Shown here: piece by piece, positions 1 through 9,201 of the stretch
How positions within the stretch are numbered: position 1 is the stretch's first letter
How the letters are laid out: every line of letters begins with the position of its first letter
Source of the DNA: Mycobacterium phage prophiT36-1
Sequence record: OQ417966.1
Strand: one strand, 5' to 3'
DNA: 64,000 nucleotides
Made by a program: the position numbers and the translations under genes
The notes under the pieces: model-generated
Seen by the model: only the letters and a program-made list of their open reading frames with translations
Databases searched by the model: none
Told to the model about the DNA's origin: nothing

Positions 1-1251
1 TTTACCGACGCGCTATTCGCGGTGACCGGTACTCCGACGTCGGATGGTCGGATGCTTGCAGCCGACATTGAGCTAGCCTTCCGCGACACCCCTATGCCGC
101 TGCAGTGGTGCGAGAAAATGGAAGGCGGCCACTACGGGTCCGTCACCGTGGGAGTCATCGAGGCGATTCGGTTCAAAGACGGCGAGGTTCGTGCGGACGG
201 CTACATGCTCAACAACGACAACGCCATCAAAGCGATCGACCTAGTGAGTCATGGTGTGTGCAATCCGTCCGTCGATCTGGGTGATGTCACGATGGTCGCC
301 ACATACCAAGACGGCACAGTAGTGACAGAGGAAAACTACGACCCCGACCGCGAGATGTTCGCCACTACAACGGCTGCCGAAGTACTCGCCACCACCATCG
401 TGGCCATCCCTGCATTCGGGCAGACAAGGATTGCCCTGAACGCCGAACGCGAGGCGCGCGACAAGGCACTGGTCGCGTCGATGGCCGCCAAATTCCAACC
501 ACGCGTGTACGCCCCTGTCTTGTTCTCCGACCCCGGGCTCGCTGGACCCACTCCGCTGTCCATCGACCCCGAAACGGGGCGGATCTTCGGTCACGTCGCC
601 ACCTTCAAAGAAAAGCATCGTTCCGTTGGCCTCGGACATATCTCGCCTCCGCGGTCGCACACCGGCTATGCGCACTTCCACTCCTCGCCACCGGTGCGCC
701 TTTCCGATGGCACTGAACTATCGGTGGGTCGGCTGACCGTGGGCATCGGACACGCACCGGTGTCTGGAGTGAGCAACGCAGAAGCTCAGGCGCACTACGA
801 CAACGCCGAGGCGTGCTTTGCGCTCGTACGAGCAGGCGAGGACGCGCACGGAATTTGGGTGTCGGGTGTCGCGGCTCCGTGGGCCACGCAGGAGAAGATC
901 GAGATGGGCTTGGCTGCACCACTGTCGGGTGACTGGCGGCCCTACGGTGGTTCGCTGGAGCTTGTTGCCGTGCTGGCAGTCAACACACCAGGATTCCTGT
1001 GCCGCAGAACAACCGACTCACAAGGCAACCCGTTGTCGTTGGTGGCTTCCATGTCGCCGCGCACGGGAGCATCCGGCACTACAGCGCTGTCTCGCGATGA
1101 CATCAAGGCTGCCGTCACCGAAGCCTTGGCCGAATCCGCCCATGCTGCCAAGCGGGCCGCGCTGCTCACGCGTGCGACATTGGCCGTTGGGGATCTGCCG
1201 CGGGAGCCATCGCCGGCCGAGCGGATGAGCCAACTGCTGGAGCGTGCCTGA
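1..1251 (+). CDS. Phage head morphogenesis protein, probably a capsid maturation protease/scaffold fusion. It is partial at the 5' end because the reading frame is open to position 1; the first in-window start is GTG at 22.
   Basis: Long + strand ORF directly upstream of the capsid gene. The C-terminus is Ala-rich and helical (scaffold-like). No stop codon between position 1 and 22 in frame. The role is called from position only; no catalytic motif was verified. Confidence 0.35.
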   Translation, partial: FTDALFAVTGTPTSDGRMLAADIELAFRDTPMPLQWCEKMEGGHYGSVTVGVIEAIRFKDGEVRADGYMLNNDNAIKAIDLVSHGVCNPSVDLGDVTMVATYQDGTVVTEENYDPDREMFATTTAAEVLATTIVAIPAFGQTRIALNAEREARDKALVASMAAKFQPRVYAPVLFSDPGLAGPTPLSIDPETGRIFGHVATFKEKHRSVGLGHISPPRSHTGYAHFHSSPPVRLSDGTELSVGRLTVGIGHAPVSGVSNAEAQAHYDNAEACFALVRAGEDAHGIWVSGVAAPWATQEKIEMGLAAPLSGDWRPYGGSLELVAVLAVNTPGFLCRRTTDSQGNPLSLVASMSPRTGASGTTALSRDDIKAAVTEALAESAHAAKRAALLTRATLAVGDLPREPSPAERMSQLLERA

Positions 1252-1462
1252 TGGGGTGCGGATGCCGCAGGGGCACACGCGCCGGTTCGGTCACGTCTTC
1301 CGGTGCGACGGTGCAGAGTTTCGAATACACCGCGCCAGATAAGACGGTCACTTCGTTCCTGACGCTCATCGAGGCCAAGAAGGAACAACGCCGAAATGGT
1401 GGCGGCACCATCAAGCTCATCACCAGCTGAGTTTCTTAAAGGCTGTTAACCGCAGAGGGATT

Positions 1463-1497
1463 CCCGCAGGTCTTTGACCTGCGGGTTTCTCTTTTGG
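1463..1497 (+). terminator. Intrinsic terminator-like hairpin: a perfect 10-bp stem cccgcaggtc/gacctgcggg with a 3-nt loop, followed by a T-rich tract tttctcttttgg.
   Basis: Inverted repeat and downstream T-run read directly from the sequence. It lies in the non-coding gap between the protease-like gene and the capsid gene. Confidence 0.45.
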
Positions 1498-1628
1498 TGG
1501 CTGCTACTCGAAAAGCGTGTGCACGCACCGTCTCTACGTTCTGCGGCCAAGAGAGTTCCTGTCATGCGCTATGTGCCGGGGAGCGATCGAACAGACCGAG
1601 AGTTTCACTCTGAGAACAGGAGCACGCA

Positions 1629-3413
1629 GTGAAGTTCGACAAGCTGCCCGATCCGCTGCCCGCCACCGTCGCCGAGCTCAACGAGCTGGCTGCCACTGTG
1701 ACAGCGGAGATCCGGGTATTCCAGGCCCGCGCCGCCGCCAACGACGAGTTCAGCGCTGAGGAGACTGAGCGTTTCGAGTACTTGCTCGACAGCCGCGACA
1801 AGGTTGTGACCGAGCGCGATTCGATCGCCGCCGCCGATCAGGCACAGACCGAGAACCTCAACGCCCTACTCGACCGCGCGAATGCCGCGACCGAGAAGCC
1901 CGCGGCCGAGCCAGAGGCCGACACCGTGACAGACAGCGAGGCAGCCCCCGCAGACGGTGACGGTGGTGCTGAAGCGGAAGTGGTGGCAGAGGCCGAAGCC
2001 GCCACCGCGGCAGCTGCCGCGGAATCGGAAACCGTCACCGCTGCCGCAGGTTCGGGCCGTCAGGTCGAGTTCGCAGGCGCGGTCCGCAACAGTGAGATCC
2101 CTTCCGGTACCCCCGGCGGTGAGACGCCCAAGGGCTGGGACATGCTGCAGTCGGCGCCGAAGTACGCCGAGTTCGGCACCGAGAAGGTCGGTTTCGCCGA
2201 GATTGCTCAGTCGATTGCCTCTGTAAGTGCAGGGTCCGTCTCGGGCCGTCAGCGCACCGGCACGAGCCCTGACGGCAACTACGCGACCCAGGCGATCGCC
2301 CGCCTGACGCGGCCGGCTCCGGAGATTCCGGCGCCTGCCAATGAGCATGAGGCGCTCGCGGTTCTGGATGCCATCGGCCGCGACATCCCGGGTCACGGCC
2401 CGGCGAACGCGAAGGGCTTGGTCGCTGCTGGTGGTTGGTGCGCCCCGTCGCAGCAGGTCTACACGTTCTGCGGTGTGCCCGAGGCGTCGAATCTGCTGTC
2501 GCTGCCGGACTTCCCGTTCGACTTCTCTCGCGGCGGTGTTCGCGTCCCGATCAGCCCCGATGTGTCGGCGCTGCTGGACAATCTGTGGCACTTCACCGAA
2601 GCCGAGCTCGAGGCTGTCAATGCCCAGGGCGATCCGACCGCGGTCAAGAAGCTCATCGAGTTGCCGTGCCCGGACGAGTTTCTCGAGTGGCGCCTGGAGG
2701 CGATCGGTTGGGCGGCCAAGGCCGGCATCTTGATGCGCCAAGCCTGGCCCGAGGCGATCGAGAACGCATTGCAGCAGATCCAGGTTGCCCACCAGCACCG
2801 TGTCTCGCAGATCTCTATCGGCAAGATGGTCGCTGGGTCGGGCACTCCGATAGCGGTTCCTGCCGGGGCGGTGCTGGGAGCAACTAGTGGCGTTCTCAAC
2901 GGTCTGGCGCTGCAGGCGTCGAACCTTCGGTACAACAAGGGGCTCGCGGACAACGCCACTATCGAAGGCGTTGCGCCGGTGTGGTTCCGTGAGGTGCTGC
3001 GAGCCGACCTTGCGCTGCGTGAGGGCAAGGAATTCCTGGCCGTCACCAACGCGGAGATCGACAACTGGCTGGCGGTCCGCGACATCTACCTGCAGTACGT
3101 GGTGGATTGGCAGACCCGCGGCGCGGGCCAGCCCGGCAACATGGCCACGGTGGTGTACCCGGCCACGGTTGACGTGATGCTGTATCCGGCCGGCACCTGG
3201 TTCCGAACCATGAACAACGTCATCACCTTGGGTGTGCAGTACCCGCTGCAGCAGTTGCAGCTCAACCAGTACACCCACGTGTTCACCGAGGACTCGCTGC
3301 AGGTGGGCAAGCGTTGCGACCAGTCGATCATCGTGCGGCTGCCGATCTGCGTGTCCGGTGCTATCGGCGCTCGTCAGACCGTGGCGTGCAACACGCCGCC
3401 TGCGACCCCGTAG
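1629..3413 (+). CDS. Major capsid protein (HK97-fold candidate) with an N-terminal scaffold/delta-like coiled-coil extension, 594 aa.
   Basis: Strong SD (aggag) 6 nt upstream of the GTG start. The N-terminal ~150 aa are Ala/Glu-rich and coiled-coil-like, followed by a large globular domain. The gene is followed by a strong hairpin and sits between the protease-like gene and the head-tail genes. No database search was done. Confidence 0.5.
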   Translation: MKFDKLPDPLPATVAELNELAATVTAEIRVFQARAAANDEFSAEETERFEYLLDSRDKVVTERDSIAAADQAQTENLNALLDRANAATEKPAAEPEADTVTDSEAAPADGDGGAEAEVVAEAEAATAAAAAESETVTAAAGSGRQVEFAGAVRNSEIPSGTPGGETPKGWDMLQSAPKYAEFGTEKVGFAEIAQSIASVSAGSVSGRQRTGTSPDGNYATQAIARLTRPAPEIPAPANEHEALAVLDAIGRDIPGHGPANAKGLVAAGGWCAPSQQVYTFCGVPEASNLLSLPDFPFDFSRGGVRVPISPDVSALLDNLWHFTEAELEAVNAQGDPTAVKKLIELPCPDEFLEWRLEAIGWAAKAGILMRQAWPEAIENALQQIQVAHQHRVSQISIGKMVAGSGTPIAVPAGAVLGATSGVLNGLALQASNLRYNKGLADNATIEGVAPVWFREVLRADLALREGKEFLAVTNAEIDNWLAVRDIYLQYVVDWQTRGAGQPGNMATVVYPATVDVMLYPAGTWFRTMNNVITLGVQYPLQQLQLNQYTHVFTEDSLQVGKRCDQSIIVRLPICVSGAIGARQTVACNTPPATP

Positions 3414-3440
3414 CGGACCCCGGCGAATCGCATTGGACGA

Positions 3441-3483
3441 GGCGGGCGGACGTGAACAACCGAGGCATTCACGTCCGCCCGCC
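3441..3483 (+). terminator. GC-rich hairpin with a 16-bp perfect stem (ggcgggcggacgtgaa ... ttcacgtccgcccgcc) immediately after the capsid gene; a mycobacterial-type terminator without a U-tract.
   Basis: Perfect inverted repeat read from the sequence, 28 nt after the capsid stop codon. Confidence 0.5.
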
Positions 3484-3509
3484 TTCCCGGCAGAGAGGAA
3501 TCGCGCCAC

Positions 3510-4283
3510 ATGACCGCAGCACTATCCCCGGTGCAGTTTGACGCACCGTTGGTCAACCCAGCACCCAACGGGCTCGTCGCTGCCACCCAATGGGTCGACG
3601 AGAGCGGACCGCTGCGCTGGCTGCCGTCTGGTGTCGAGTTCCGGGTCTTCAACTACGGCGGCGGCACCCAGTTCGGCGTCTGGAGCGCACCATGGAACGC
3701 CACCGAGTCTGAGCTCAAACCCGCCGACGTCAAAAAGGGTGAGCGTCCTGCCTTCCCAGATGCCTTCATTGCGCAGACCACGTACTCATCTGACGACTGC
3801 AGTCTGCTCAAGCGGAGCCGCGATGAGATCCGGGTCCGGGCACAGCAAGTACACCGCGTGCTGGAGCCTATCCAGACGGAGAAGACGCTCGCGGCCCGCA
3901 TGCTGCTCGATGCCGGGACGCCTGCGGCTAAGACGGGAATCGTGGCAGCTATCGGCGCCATCGAGGGGCTGATCGCGGACACCGGCACAGTCGGGGTCAT
4001 TCACGCGTCGGCGGAGTTGGCCGCCCCTGCCGCACAGGCGAATCTGATCCGCTACAACAACGGCCGGCTGGTTTCACCGCTGGGTAACACCTGGGTGTTC
4101 GGCGGCGGCTACGTCTCGGCGCTGGGCTCCAAGCTGATCGCCACCAGCCCCACCTACGGATGGCGCGGACCAGTGGAGCTGCGCGATGCGCCGAGCCTGC
4201 AGCACAACGAATTCAAGGCCATCGCCGAGCGGTCGCTGGTCGTCGGATATGAGGCGCTGATCGGCGCCGTGAACATCACGTAG
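3510..4283 (+). CDS. Phage head/neck structural protein (hypothetical), 257 aa.
   Basis: SD gagagg upstream of ATG. Same-strand tight packing within the structural operon. No recognisable motif. Confidence 0.4.
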   Translation: MTAALSPVQFDAPLVNPAPNGLVAATQWVDESGPLRWLPSGVEFRVFNYGGGTQFGVWSAPWNATESELKPADVKKGERPAFPDAFIAQTTYSSDDCSLLKRSRDEIRVRAQQVHRVLEPIQTEKTLAARMLLDAGTPAAKTGIVAAIGAIEGLIADTGTVGVIHASAELAAPAAQANLIRYNNGRLVSPLGNTWVFGGGYVSALGSKLIATSPTYGWRGPVELRDAPSLQHNEFKAIAERSLVVGYEALIGAVNIT

Positions 4284-4288
4284 AAGGG

Positions 4289-4834
4289 TTGGACGTTATG
4301 CCTGCTGGTGTGGAGGTTGTGGTCAAGGAGGGCTTCGCCACCATCGATTTCGTCGACGGGACGCTGCGCGGCCCCGGATTGGCCAAGCTGCTGGAAGTCG
4401 GCACACCGCCCGAGGCCATCGAGAAACTGACCCGCGAGGGTCCGCGCGCTGTCTACGTAGTGCCAGAAGGCAATGCCCGCGAGGCCGGACTGCTCGACGA
4501 AGTGGACGCCGATGACTCCAACGATGGACCACCGCCAGCAGCAATGACCGACGCGACCACGGGCGACGACGGCTCGGGCGCGGCGTTGCCGCTCGCTGAA
4601 CCGGTTTCGACCGACGCCGAAGGTACAGCCATCGGCGACCCCACCCAGGAGCCGCTTCCTACAGGTGATTTCGCGCCGAAGGCTTGGCCAGAGGGCGATC
4701 CTGAGTTGGACTGGAAGCGGCCGCAGCTCGATGCCTATGCCGCGTCCAAGGGGCTGGACACCAAGGAGCTGCCCAACAAGGAAGCAGTGTTCGCGGCCAT
4801 CGCTAAGCACGCTTCAGAGGCGATGAACTCGTGA
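4289..4834 (+). CDS. Hypothetical acidic phage protein, 181 aa.
   Basis: ORF packed 5 nt after the previous gene. Asp/Glu-rich, Pro-rich C-terminal half. Confidence 0.4.
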   Translation: MDVMPAGVEVVVKEGFATIDFVDGTLRGPGLAKLLEVGTPPEAIEKLTREGPRAVYVVPEGNAREAGLLDEVDADDSNDGPPPAAMTDATTGDDGSGAALPLAEPVSTDAEGTAIGDPTQEPLPTGDFAPKAWPEGDPELDWKRPQLDAYAASKGLDTKELPNKEAVFAAIAKHASEAMNS

Positions 4835-5094
4835 GCGATCTGTTTACCCGGGAGTTCTGGAAGGACGCGGTGGAGCGCACCGTGAGTTCTGCGGCACAAG
4901 GGTTCCTTGTAGGTGGCGGTCTCGGTGTTGGTGCCGAAGCTACGCAATCTGTTGACGCCCGGTACTTTCCGTGGCTTGCCGCGGCCAGCGTCGCGGGCGG
5001 TATGGCAGCGGCGAGCTTCGCCAAGTGCCTGGCCGCAGTGCATGTCGGCGAGCGTGGGACTGCCTCACTACATCGGCGAAGGTCACTCGAGTGA
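4831..5094 (+). CDS. Small hydrophobic protein, 87 aa, with Gly/Ala-rich membrane-like segments.
   Basis: ATGA start/stop overlap with the upstream gene. Hydrophobic stretches LVGGGLGVGAEA and AAASVAGGMAAASFAKCLAAV. Confidence 0.3.
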   Translation: MSDLFTREFWKDAVERTVSSAAQGFLVGGGLGVGAEATQSVDARYFPWLAAASVAGGMAAASFAKCLAAVHVGERGTASLHRRRSLE

Positions 5095-5342
5095 GCCCAG
5101 ACCAGATCCAGGCCATTGGCGGAGTCATCGTCGCCATCCTGACCGCCTGGCAGGGGCTGACCACGCGACGCGTCCGGAATCTCGAAACCCATGTGAAGGC
5201 CGTCGAAACCGAACGAGACAAGCTCAGCTCCAAACTGCGCGTTGCTGTCCGTTATATCCGTGAGTGGATGGAGTGGGCGCGCCAACACGCGCCCGGCAAG
5301 CCAACTCCGGCGGTCCCGGCCGAATTACGCGAAGAGATCTGA
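5091..5342 (+). CDS. Small protein with one predicted TM helix (IGGVIVAILTAWQGL) and a charged coiled-coil tail; probable GTG start at 5091 overlapping the upstream stop.
   Basis: GTGA overlap with the preceding gene. The longer ORF from 4971 runs off-frame through the previous gene. TM-like segment followed by a charged tail. Confidence 0.3.
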   Translation: MSPDQIQAIGGVIVAILTAWQGLTTRRVRNLETHVKAVETERDKLSSKLRVAVRYIREWMEWARQHAPGKPTPAVPAELREEI

Positions 5343-5429
5343 TGCACCCCGCCCTTTTACTGTTCGCCGCAGCCTCGGAAAACGTAATGGACCGGCGCGA
5401 AGCGCCTGATAGCAGGAGGAAGCCAGCAC

Positions 5430-6488
5430 ATGGCATTCGCAGTCGTTAAGGGCTATGCGCTCCGCGTGACCAAGGTGGATTCGTGCGGTCTGCCCATCCA
5501 GGGCAACGCCAACCGCATCGTCACCGAGGGATTCATTCGGGTCAACCTGGATCCGAATATGAAGGAAGCCAACGAGATCACCCAAGAGACCGCCGCGGGC
5601 AAGGAGTGTATCAGTGATCGCACCCCGGCCGAACGCCGTTGGTGGAACACCGAACTGCAGCTGTGCGGCGTTGACCCCGACCTGTGGTCGCTGATCCTCG
5701 GCTGGGCGCGGGTGCTCGACCATGAGGGCAACCCGATCGGCGTGATCGACAGCAAGTCCGTCGATGACAAGTCGGGCGTCATGTTCGAGATCTGGACTGG
5801 CGGCCAGGGCGACGACGACTGCCCCGAGCCGCTGGATGACTCGATCTTCTCCGCGGCGGCATCCGGACGCCAATACGGCTATCTCGCTTTTGCGGGCAAT
5901 GAGTTCGTCTCGGGCGCAATCCCTGTTGGCGCCGAAGCGTCGAACTTCACCTTGACGGGTCGCACGATCGCGCCCAAGCGCTGGGGACGGGGCCCGTATA
6001 ACGTGGCCGCGATCGACCCCGCCGGCACACCGGGGCGTCTGCTGGTTCCCATGTACAGCAAGGACTCGGACAACCACCTGATCCTGTTCCGGACCCCGGT
6101 GCCGCCGCCGGCGCCCACCGAGGGTGCGTGCGAGCTGGCGGTGCAGTCGATCTTTACCGGTCCGGGTAAGGCGTACTTCGGTGTGGACGCCGCTGATGTG
6201 GCTCCGCCGCAGCCGATCTGCAAGGCCAAGACGTACACCGTCGCGGTTACCGGCACCGGGAACTGGAAGGCCAAGGTCGGCACTGAGCCGACCGCCGACA
6301 TCGCGGCCACCGCGCTGCCCGCGGCGGTGCAGTCGGCGATCGAGGCGCTGCCCAACGTCGAGGTGGGCCAGGTCCAGGTGTCCGGTACGGCAGGCAGCTA
6401 CACCGTGAAGCTCGACCCGGCTCTGGGGGCGCTTAGCGCCGACAGCACGGGCCTGACTGGCGGTGCCGCCACCGTCACACCGGCGTAG
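5430..6488 (+). CDS. Probable major tail subunit, 352 aa, with an Ala/Thr/Gly-rich C-terminal extension.
   Basis: Very strong SD (aggagga) and a perfect 13-bp hairpin terminator right after the stop, the signature of an abundantly expressed structural protein. It lies between the head genes and the tape measure. Identity as the tail tube protein is positional inference. Confidence 0.4.
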   Translation: MAFAVVKGYALRVTKVDSCGLPIQGNANRIVTEGFIRVNLDPNMKEANEITQETAAGKECISDRTPAERRWWNTELQLCGVDPDLWSLILGWARVLDHEGNPIGVIDSKSVDDKSGVMFEIWTGGQGDDDCPEPLDDSIFSAAASGRQYGYLAFAGNEFVSGAIPVGAEASNFTLTGRTIAPKRWGRGPYNVAAIDPAGTPGRLLVPMYSKDSDNHLILFRTPVPPPAPTEGACELAVQSIFTGPGKAYFGVDAADVAPPQPICKAKTYTVAVTGTGNWKAKVGTEPTADIAATALPAAVQSAIEALPNVEVGQVQVSGTAGSYTVKLDPALGALSADSTGLTGGAATVTPA

Positions 6489-6502
6489 GGGAGCAGGCGA
6501 GC

Positions 6503-6537
6503 GAAACGCCCGGGGTGTCACGGCCCCCGGGCGTTTC
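6503..6537 (+). terminator. Hairpin terminator: 13-bp perfect stem gaaacgcccgggg ... ccccgggcgtttc.
   Basis: Inverted repeat read from the sequence, 15 nt after the stop at 6488. Confidence 0.5.
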
Positions 6538-6566
6538 GTCATGTGTAAGCACCCCCGACTCCTACC

Positions 6567-7319
6567 GTGTGCCCCATGTCCTGCGATTGGCCGATCGATC
6601 GGAGCTGTCTGCCGCCGCTGCCCGAACTCGGCACCAGCCCGACCGCGGAGGAACAAGCGGCCCACAACCTGGAACTGATGCGGCGCAGCAACGCCGAAGA
6701 CATTGCCGTGCACGTGCTGTGGGCGCTGTCCGGCCGCCAGTTCGGCGCCTGCCCGACCACAGCGCGGCCCTGTCGCTCCTACGCGCAGGGATTCGGATAC
6801 AGCTCGACCGTTCTGACACTCGATGCCGGCCAATGGGTGAACTGGCCGTGTGGCTGTATCGGGGGCTGCTCGGTCACGGGCCCGCGGGTAGTGCATCTGC
6901 CGGGCCCGGTCGCGTCGATCACCGACGTGCGGATCGACGGCGCGGTGCTCGATGACTCCGGTTACCAGCTGGAGGGAAACGCCCTGTACCGCAAGGACGG
7001 TGCATGGCCTAGCCAAGATCTCGGCAGGCCGCTCGGGGAGCCCGGAACCTGGTCGGTAACCTACGCACGCGGCAACCCCGTACCAGCTGGCGTCGACAAA
7101 CTGGTAGGCCAACTGGCCCGCGAATTTGTTGCCGCCTGCGATGACGAAGACACATGCCGCCTGCCGCGCACCGTGGTGGCCACCACCCGCCGCGGTGTGA
7201 GCCACGAATTCGATCCGACAAAGATCCTCGCCGCAGGCAAGACGGGGCTAAGCGAGGTGGACCTGTGGCTGTCCGCGGTCAATCCGCATCGACTCCAGCA
7301 GGCACCGGAGGTGCTGTGA
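6567..7319 (+). CDS. Phage structural protein (hypothetical, Cys-containing), 250 aa.
   Basis: Same-strand operon context. Ends in a GTGA overlap with the next gene. Confidence 0.4.
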   Translation: MCPMSCDWPIDRSCLPPLPELGTSPTAEEQAAHNLELMRRSNAEDIAVHVLWALSGRQFGACPTTARPCRSYAQGFGYSSTVLTLDAGQWVNWPCGCIGGCSVTGPRVVHLPGPVASITDVRIDGAVLDDSGYQLEGNALYRKDGAWPSQDLGRPLGEPGTWSVTYARGNPVPAGVDKLVGQLAREFVAACDDEDTCRLPRTVVATTRRGVSHEFDPTKILAAGKTGLSEVDLWLSAVNPHRLQQAPEVL

Positions 7320-7858
7320 ATCCCCACGATCCAGCCTCCGACATCGTCAACGAGTTCATCAACGCGATGAAAAAGGCCTTCAACCCGGCAGATTCGGTCC
7401 AACCGCCGCTCGGTGGCGGCTCCAAGGATGTGCGGTTCTTCGCCGGCGACGGGCCGCTGCCGCTGTCCGTTTGGGATCCCGAGCACGGACCGGCAACGGG
7501 CTGCAAAGAGCCGCTGCTCTGGGTGCGGGTGGATCGCCGATACCGCAGCCGGCGCAGTGATTTTCCCGCTGCCTACGTTGCCGCCCGGGATTGCAAGACC
7601 GCAGATGTGGTGCGGGCACTGGCGGTCGAGATCGGTATCGCACGGTGCGCGGACATGTCAGCCAAACCGAAGTGGCCGGTGCTCGAATCGGAGGCCGAGA
7701 TCAGCCTGGATGACTCGTTCCGGATCGAAACGGCGTTGTGTCTGGCGGCCACCGCGCTGACGAAGCCCGATCGTGCAGTAGCCACCGATACCATCGCGCC
7801 GCAAGGGCCCGAGGGCGGGCTGATCGCGTGGACCGGTATGGCCTACGTGTCGCTATGA
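7316..7858 (+). CDS. Hypothetical phage protein; GTG start at 7316 overlapping the upstream stop (GTGA).
   Basis: The in-frame GTG coincides with the stop of the 6567-7319 gene. The longer ORF from 7154 overlaps the upstream gene by 165 nt and was rejected. Confidence 0.4.
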   Translation: MNPHDPASDIVNEFINAMKKAFNPADSVQPPLGGGSKDVRFFAGDGPLPLSVWDPEHGPATGCKEPLLWVRVDRRYRSRRSDFPAAYVAARDCKTADVVRALAVEIGIARCADMSAKPKWPVLESEAEISLDDSFRIETALCLAATALTKPDRAVATDTIAPQGPEGGLIAWTGMAYVSL

Positions 7859-7871
7859 GAGAGGGTGCGCT

Positions 7872-8219
7872 GTGGGGCATTACGTCACGATCGAGGGAAG
7901 CCTGACACCGACCACGGTTCTGGCGCGGGGTGTGCGCAAGACAGTGGCCGTCACCGACGAGGTCCGCAAGCTGGTGCAGATCGGTGGCGCCGTCGTGGTG
8001 GACGGCAGCCTCGACGAACCTGAAGCCCCCAGCGGCGAGGCCAGCAGCGAAAGCACCGCGCAAGCCGAAACAGCGGAGGAGACCGAGCCGGATTCCGCTG
8101 CCGACAGCCCGCACACCGAGGCCGACACGGAGACCTCGGCCAAGCGTGTCCGCGGCGCACGCCGGTCGCCGACCGCCGACTCGGACGCACCGCAGACGCA
8201 GCCCGATGGCGCGAGTTAG
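7872..8219 (+). CDS. Hypothetical phage protein with an acidic C-terminus, 115 aa.
   Basis: ORF in operon. The C-terminus is Glu/Asp/Ser/Ala-rich. Confidence 0.35.
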   Translation: MGHYVTIEGSLTPTTVLARGVRKTVAVTDEVRKLVQIGGAVVVDGSLDEPEAPSGEASSESTAQAETAEETEPDSAADSPHTEADTETSAKRVRGARRSPTADSDAPQTQPDGAS

Positions 8220-8610
8220 AGGGCGCTTCGAGCTTCACGAACGAGAGCTCAACGACCAGACCCGGTCTTTCGGCCGGCGCCGGATGGCGTCCCTGCAGCG
8301 CCGTATCGCCAACCAGGCACGCGTCGACGCCCCCGTTCGCACCGGCAACCTCGGCCGCCAGGTCAACGAGGGACACATCGGTTTCACCGGCCCCCGAACG
8401 ATTTCCGGCAGCGTCGGCAACAACGCCCGCTACGCGCTATACGTCCACGAGGGCTCGCGGCCTCACCTCATCCGGCCACGCAACGCCAAAGCGCTGCGGT
8501 TCCAGATAGGCGGGCGCACGGTGTTCGCAAAGCTGGTGCACCACCCGGGAACGAAGGCGCGACCATTTCTGCGCAACGCCGGAATGCGAGTGGCATCGCG
8601 GGAACGCTGA
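8206..8610 (+). CDS. HK97 gp10-like tail completion/head-tail joining family protein, 134 aa.
   Basis: Contains the hallmark motifs YALYVHEGS (the EFGT-like box) and KARPFLRNA (the PFL box) of the HK97 gp10 family. Small size and a position just upstream of the tail chaperone and tape measure genes also fit. Confidence 0.5.
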   Translation: MARVRGRFELHERELNDQTRSFGRRRMASLQRRIANQARVDAPVRTGNLGRQVNEGHIGFTGPRTISGSVGNNARYALYVHEGSRPHLIRPRNAKALRFQIGGRTVFAKLVHHPGTKARPFLRNAGMRVASRER

Positions 8611-8627
8611 CCAACTATTCACTGCGA

Positions 8628-9176
8628 GTGAATCGTTCGGCTGCACCCCTGCTCGGCACGCTACGCGCCATGACCACACCCGCCTCGGAACCTCTCCAGC
8701 CGTCCGCCCCTGCACCGGCCGAACCGGCAGCAGCCGGCGCCGTCGAACAAGATGTCATCGCGCCTAATACGCAGGTAGTCACTGAACCAGCTGCCCACGG
8801 TGATGCGCTGCCAGCGGTCCGGGCCAGTACCGAGATAGCGACGCCCAGCGGGTGGCCGCACGAGTTCCTGGAGTTTGGTGGCGACAAGCTCGAAATCCGG
8901 GTTCCCACACCACAGGCCATGTCGGCGCTATCGCTGGGAATGGGCAAGTACGTTCCGGCGAAGATGAAGAACGAGATCAGCGGCCTGTTCATCGCCCGGC
9001 ATCTGTCGGAAGGCACCTACGAGCACGTCTACTCGCGGTTGATGAACCCGGACGACACCGGATACAACGCCAACACCATCGGGGAGCTGATCGGCGCGCT
9101 GCTCAACGAAGGTGTCGAGCAATTCGAAAAGGTATCGAAGGCACCGGAAGCGGTGAACAGCGAGGCCGAGAAGTAG
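8628..9176 (+). CDS. Tail assembly chaperone-like protein with an acidic C-terminus, 182 aa.
   Basis: Immediately upstream of the tape measure gene. Acidic C-terminus typical of gpG-like chaperones. No frameshift site was identified, so the call is weak. Confidence 0.35.
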   Translation: MNRSAAPLLGTLRAMTTPASEPLQPSAPAPAEPAAAGAVEQDVIAPNTQVVTEPAAHGDALPAVRASTEIATPSGWPHEFLEFGGDKLEIRVPTPQAMSALSLGMGKYVPAKMKNEISGLFIARHLSEGTYEHVYSRLMNPDDTGYNANTIGELIGALLNEGVEQFEKVSKAPEAVNSEAEK

Positions 9177-9201
9177 CACCCCACCTCGCTAGCTTGAGCC
9201 G

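Noticed and set aside
1251-1430. Unlisted 59-codon ORF between the protease-like gene and the hairpin at 1463
   Set aside because: It is below the ORF-track threshold and I found no convincing RBS or motif. It may be a real small head protein, but the evidence is not strong enough to call it.
1866-3509. 547-aa ORF on the minus strand, antisense to the capsid gene
   Set aside because: The translation is Arg/Gly/Ala-rich with no start context. It is typical of GC3-driven open antisense frames in high-GC DNA, and it fully overlaps a well-supported + strand gene.
5325-7205. 626-aa minus-strand ORF spanning three + strand genes
   Set aside because: Same GC artefact signature (Arg/Gly/Pro-rich). 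It overlaps genes with SDs and terminators on the + strand.
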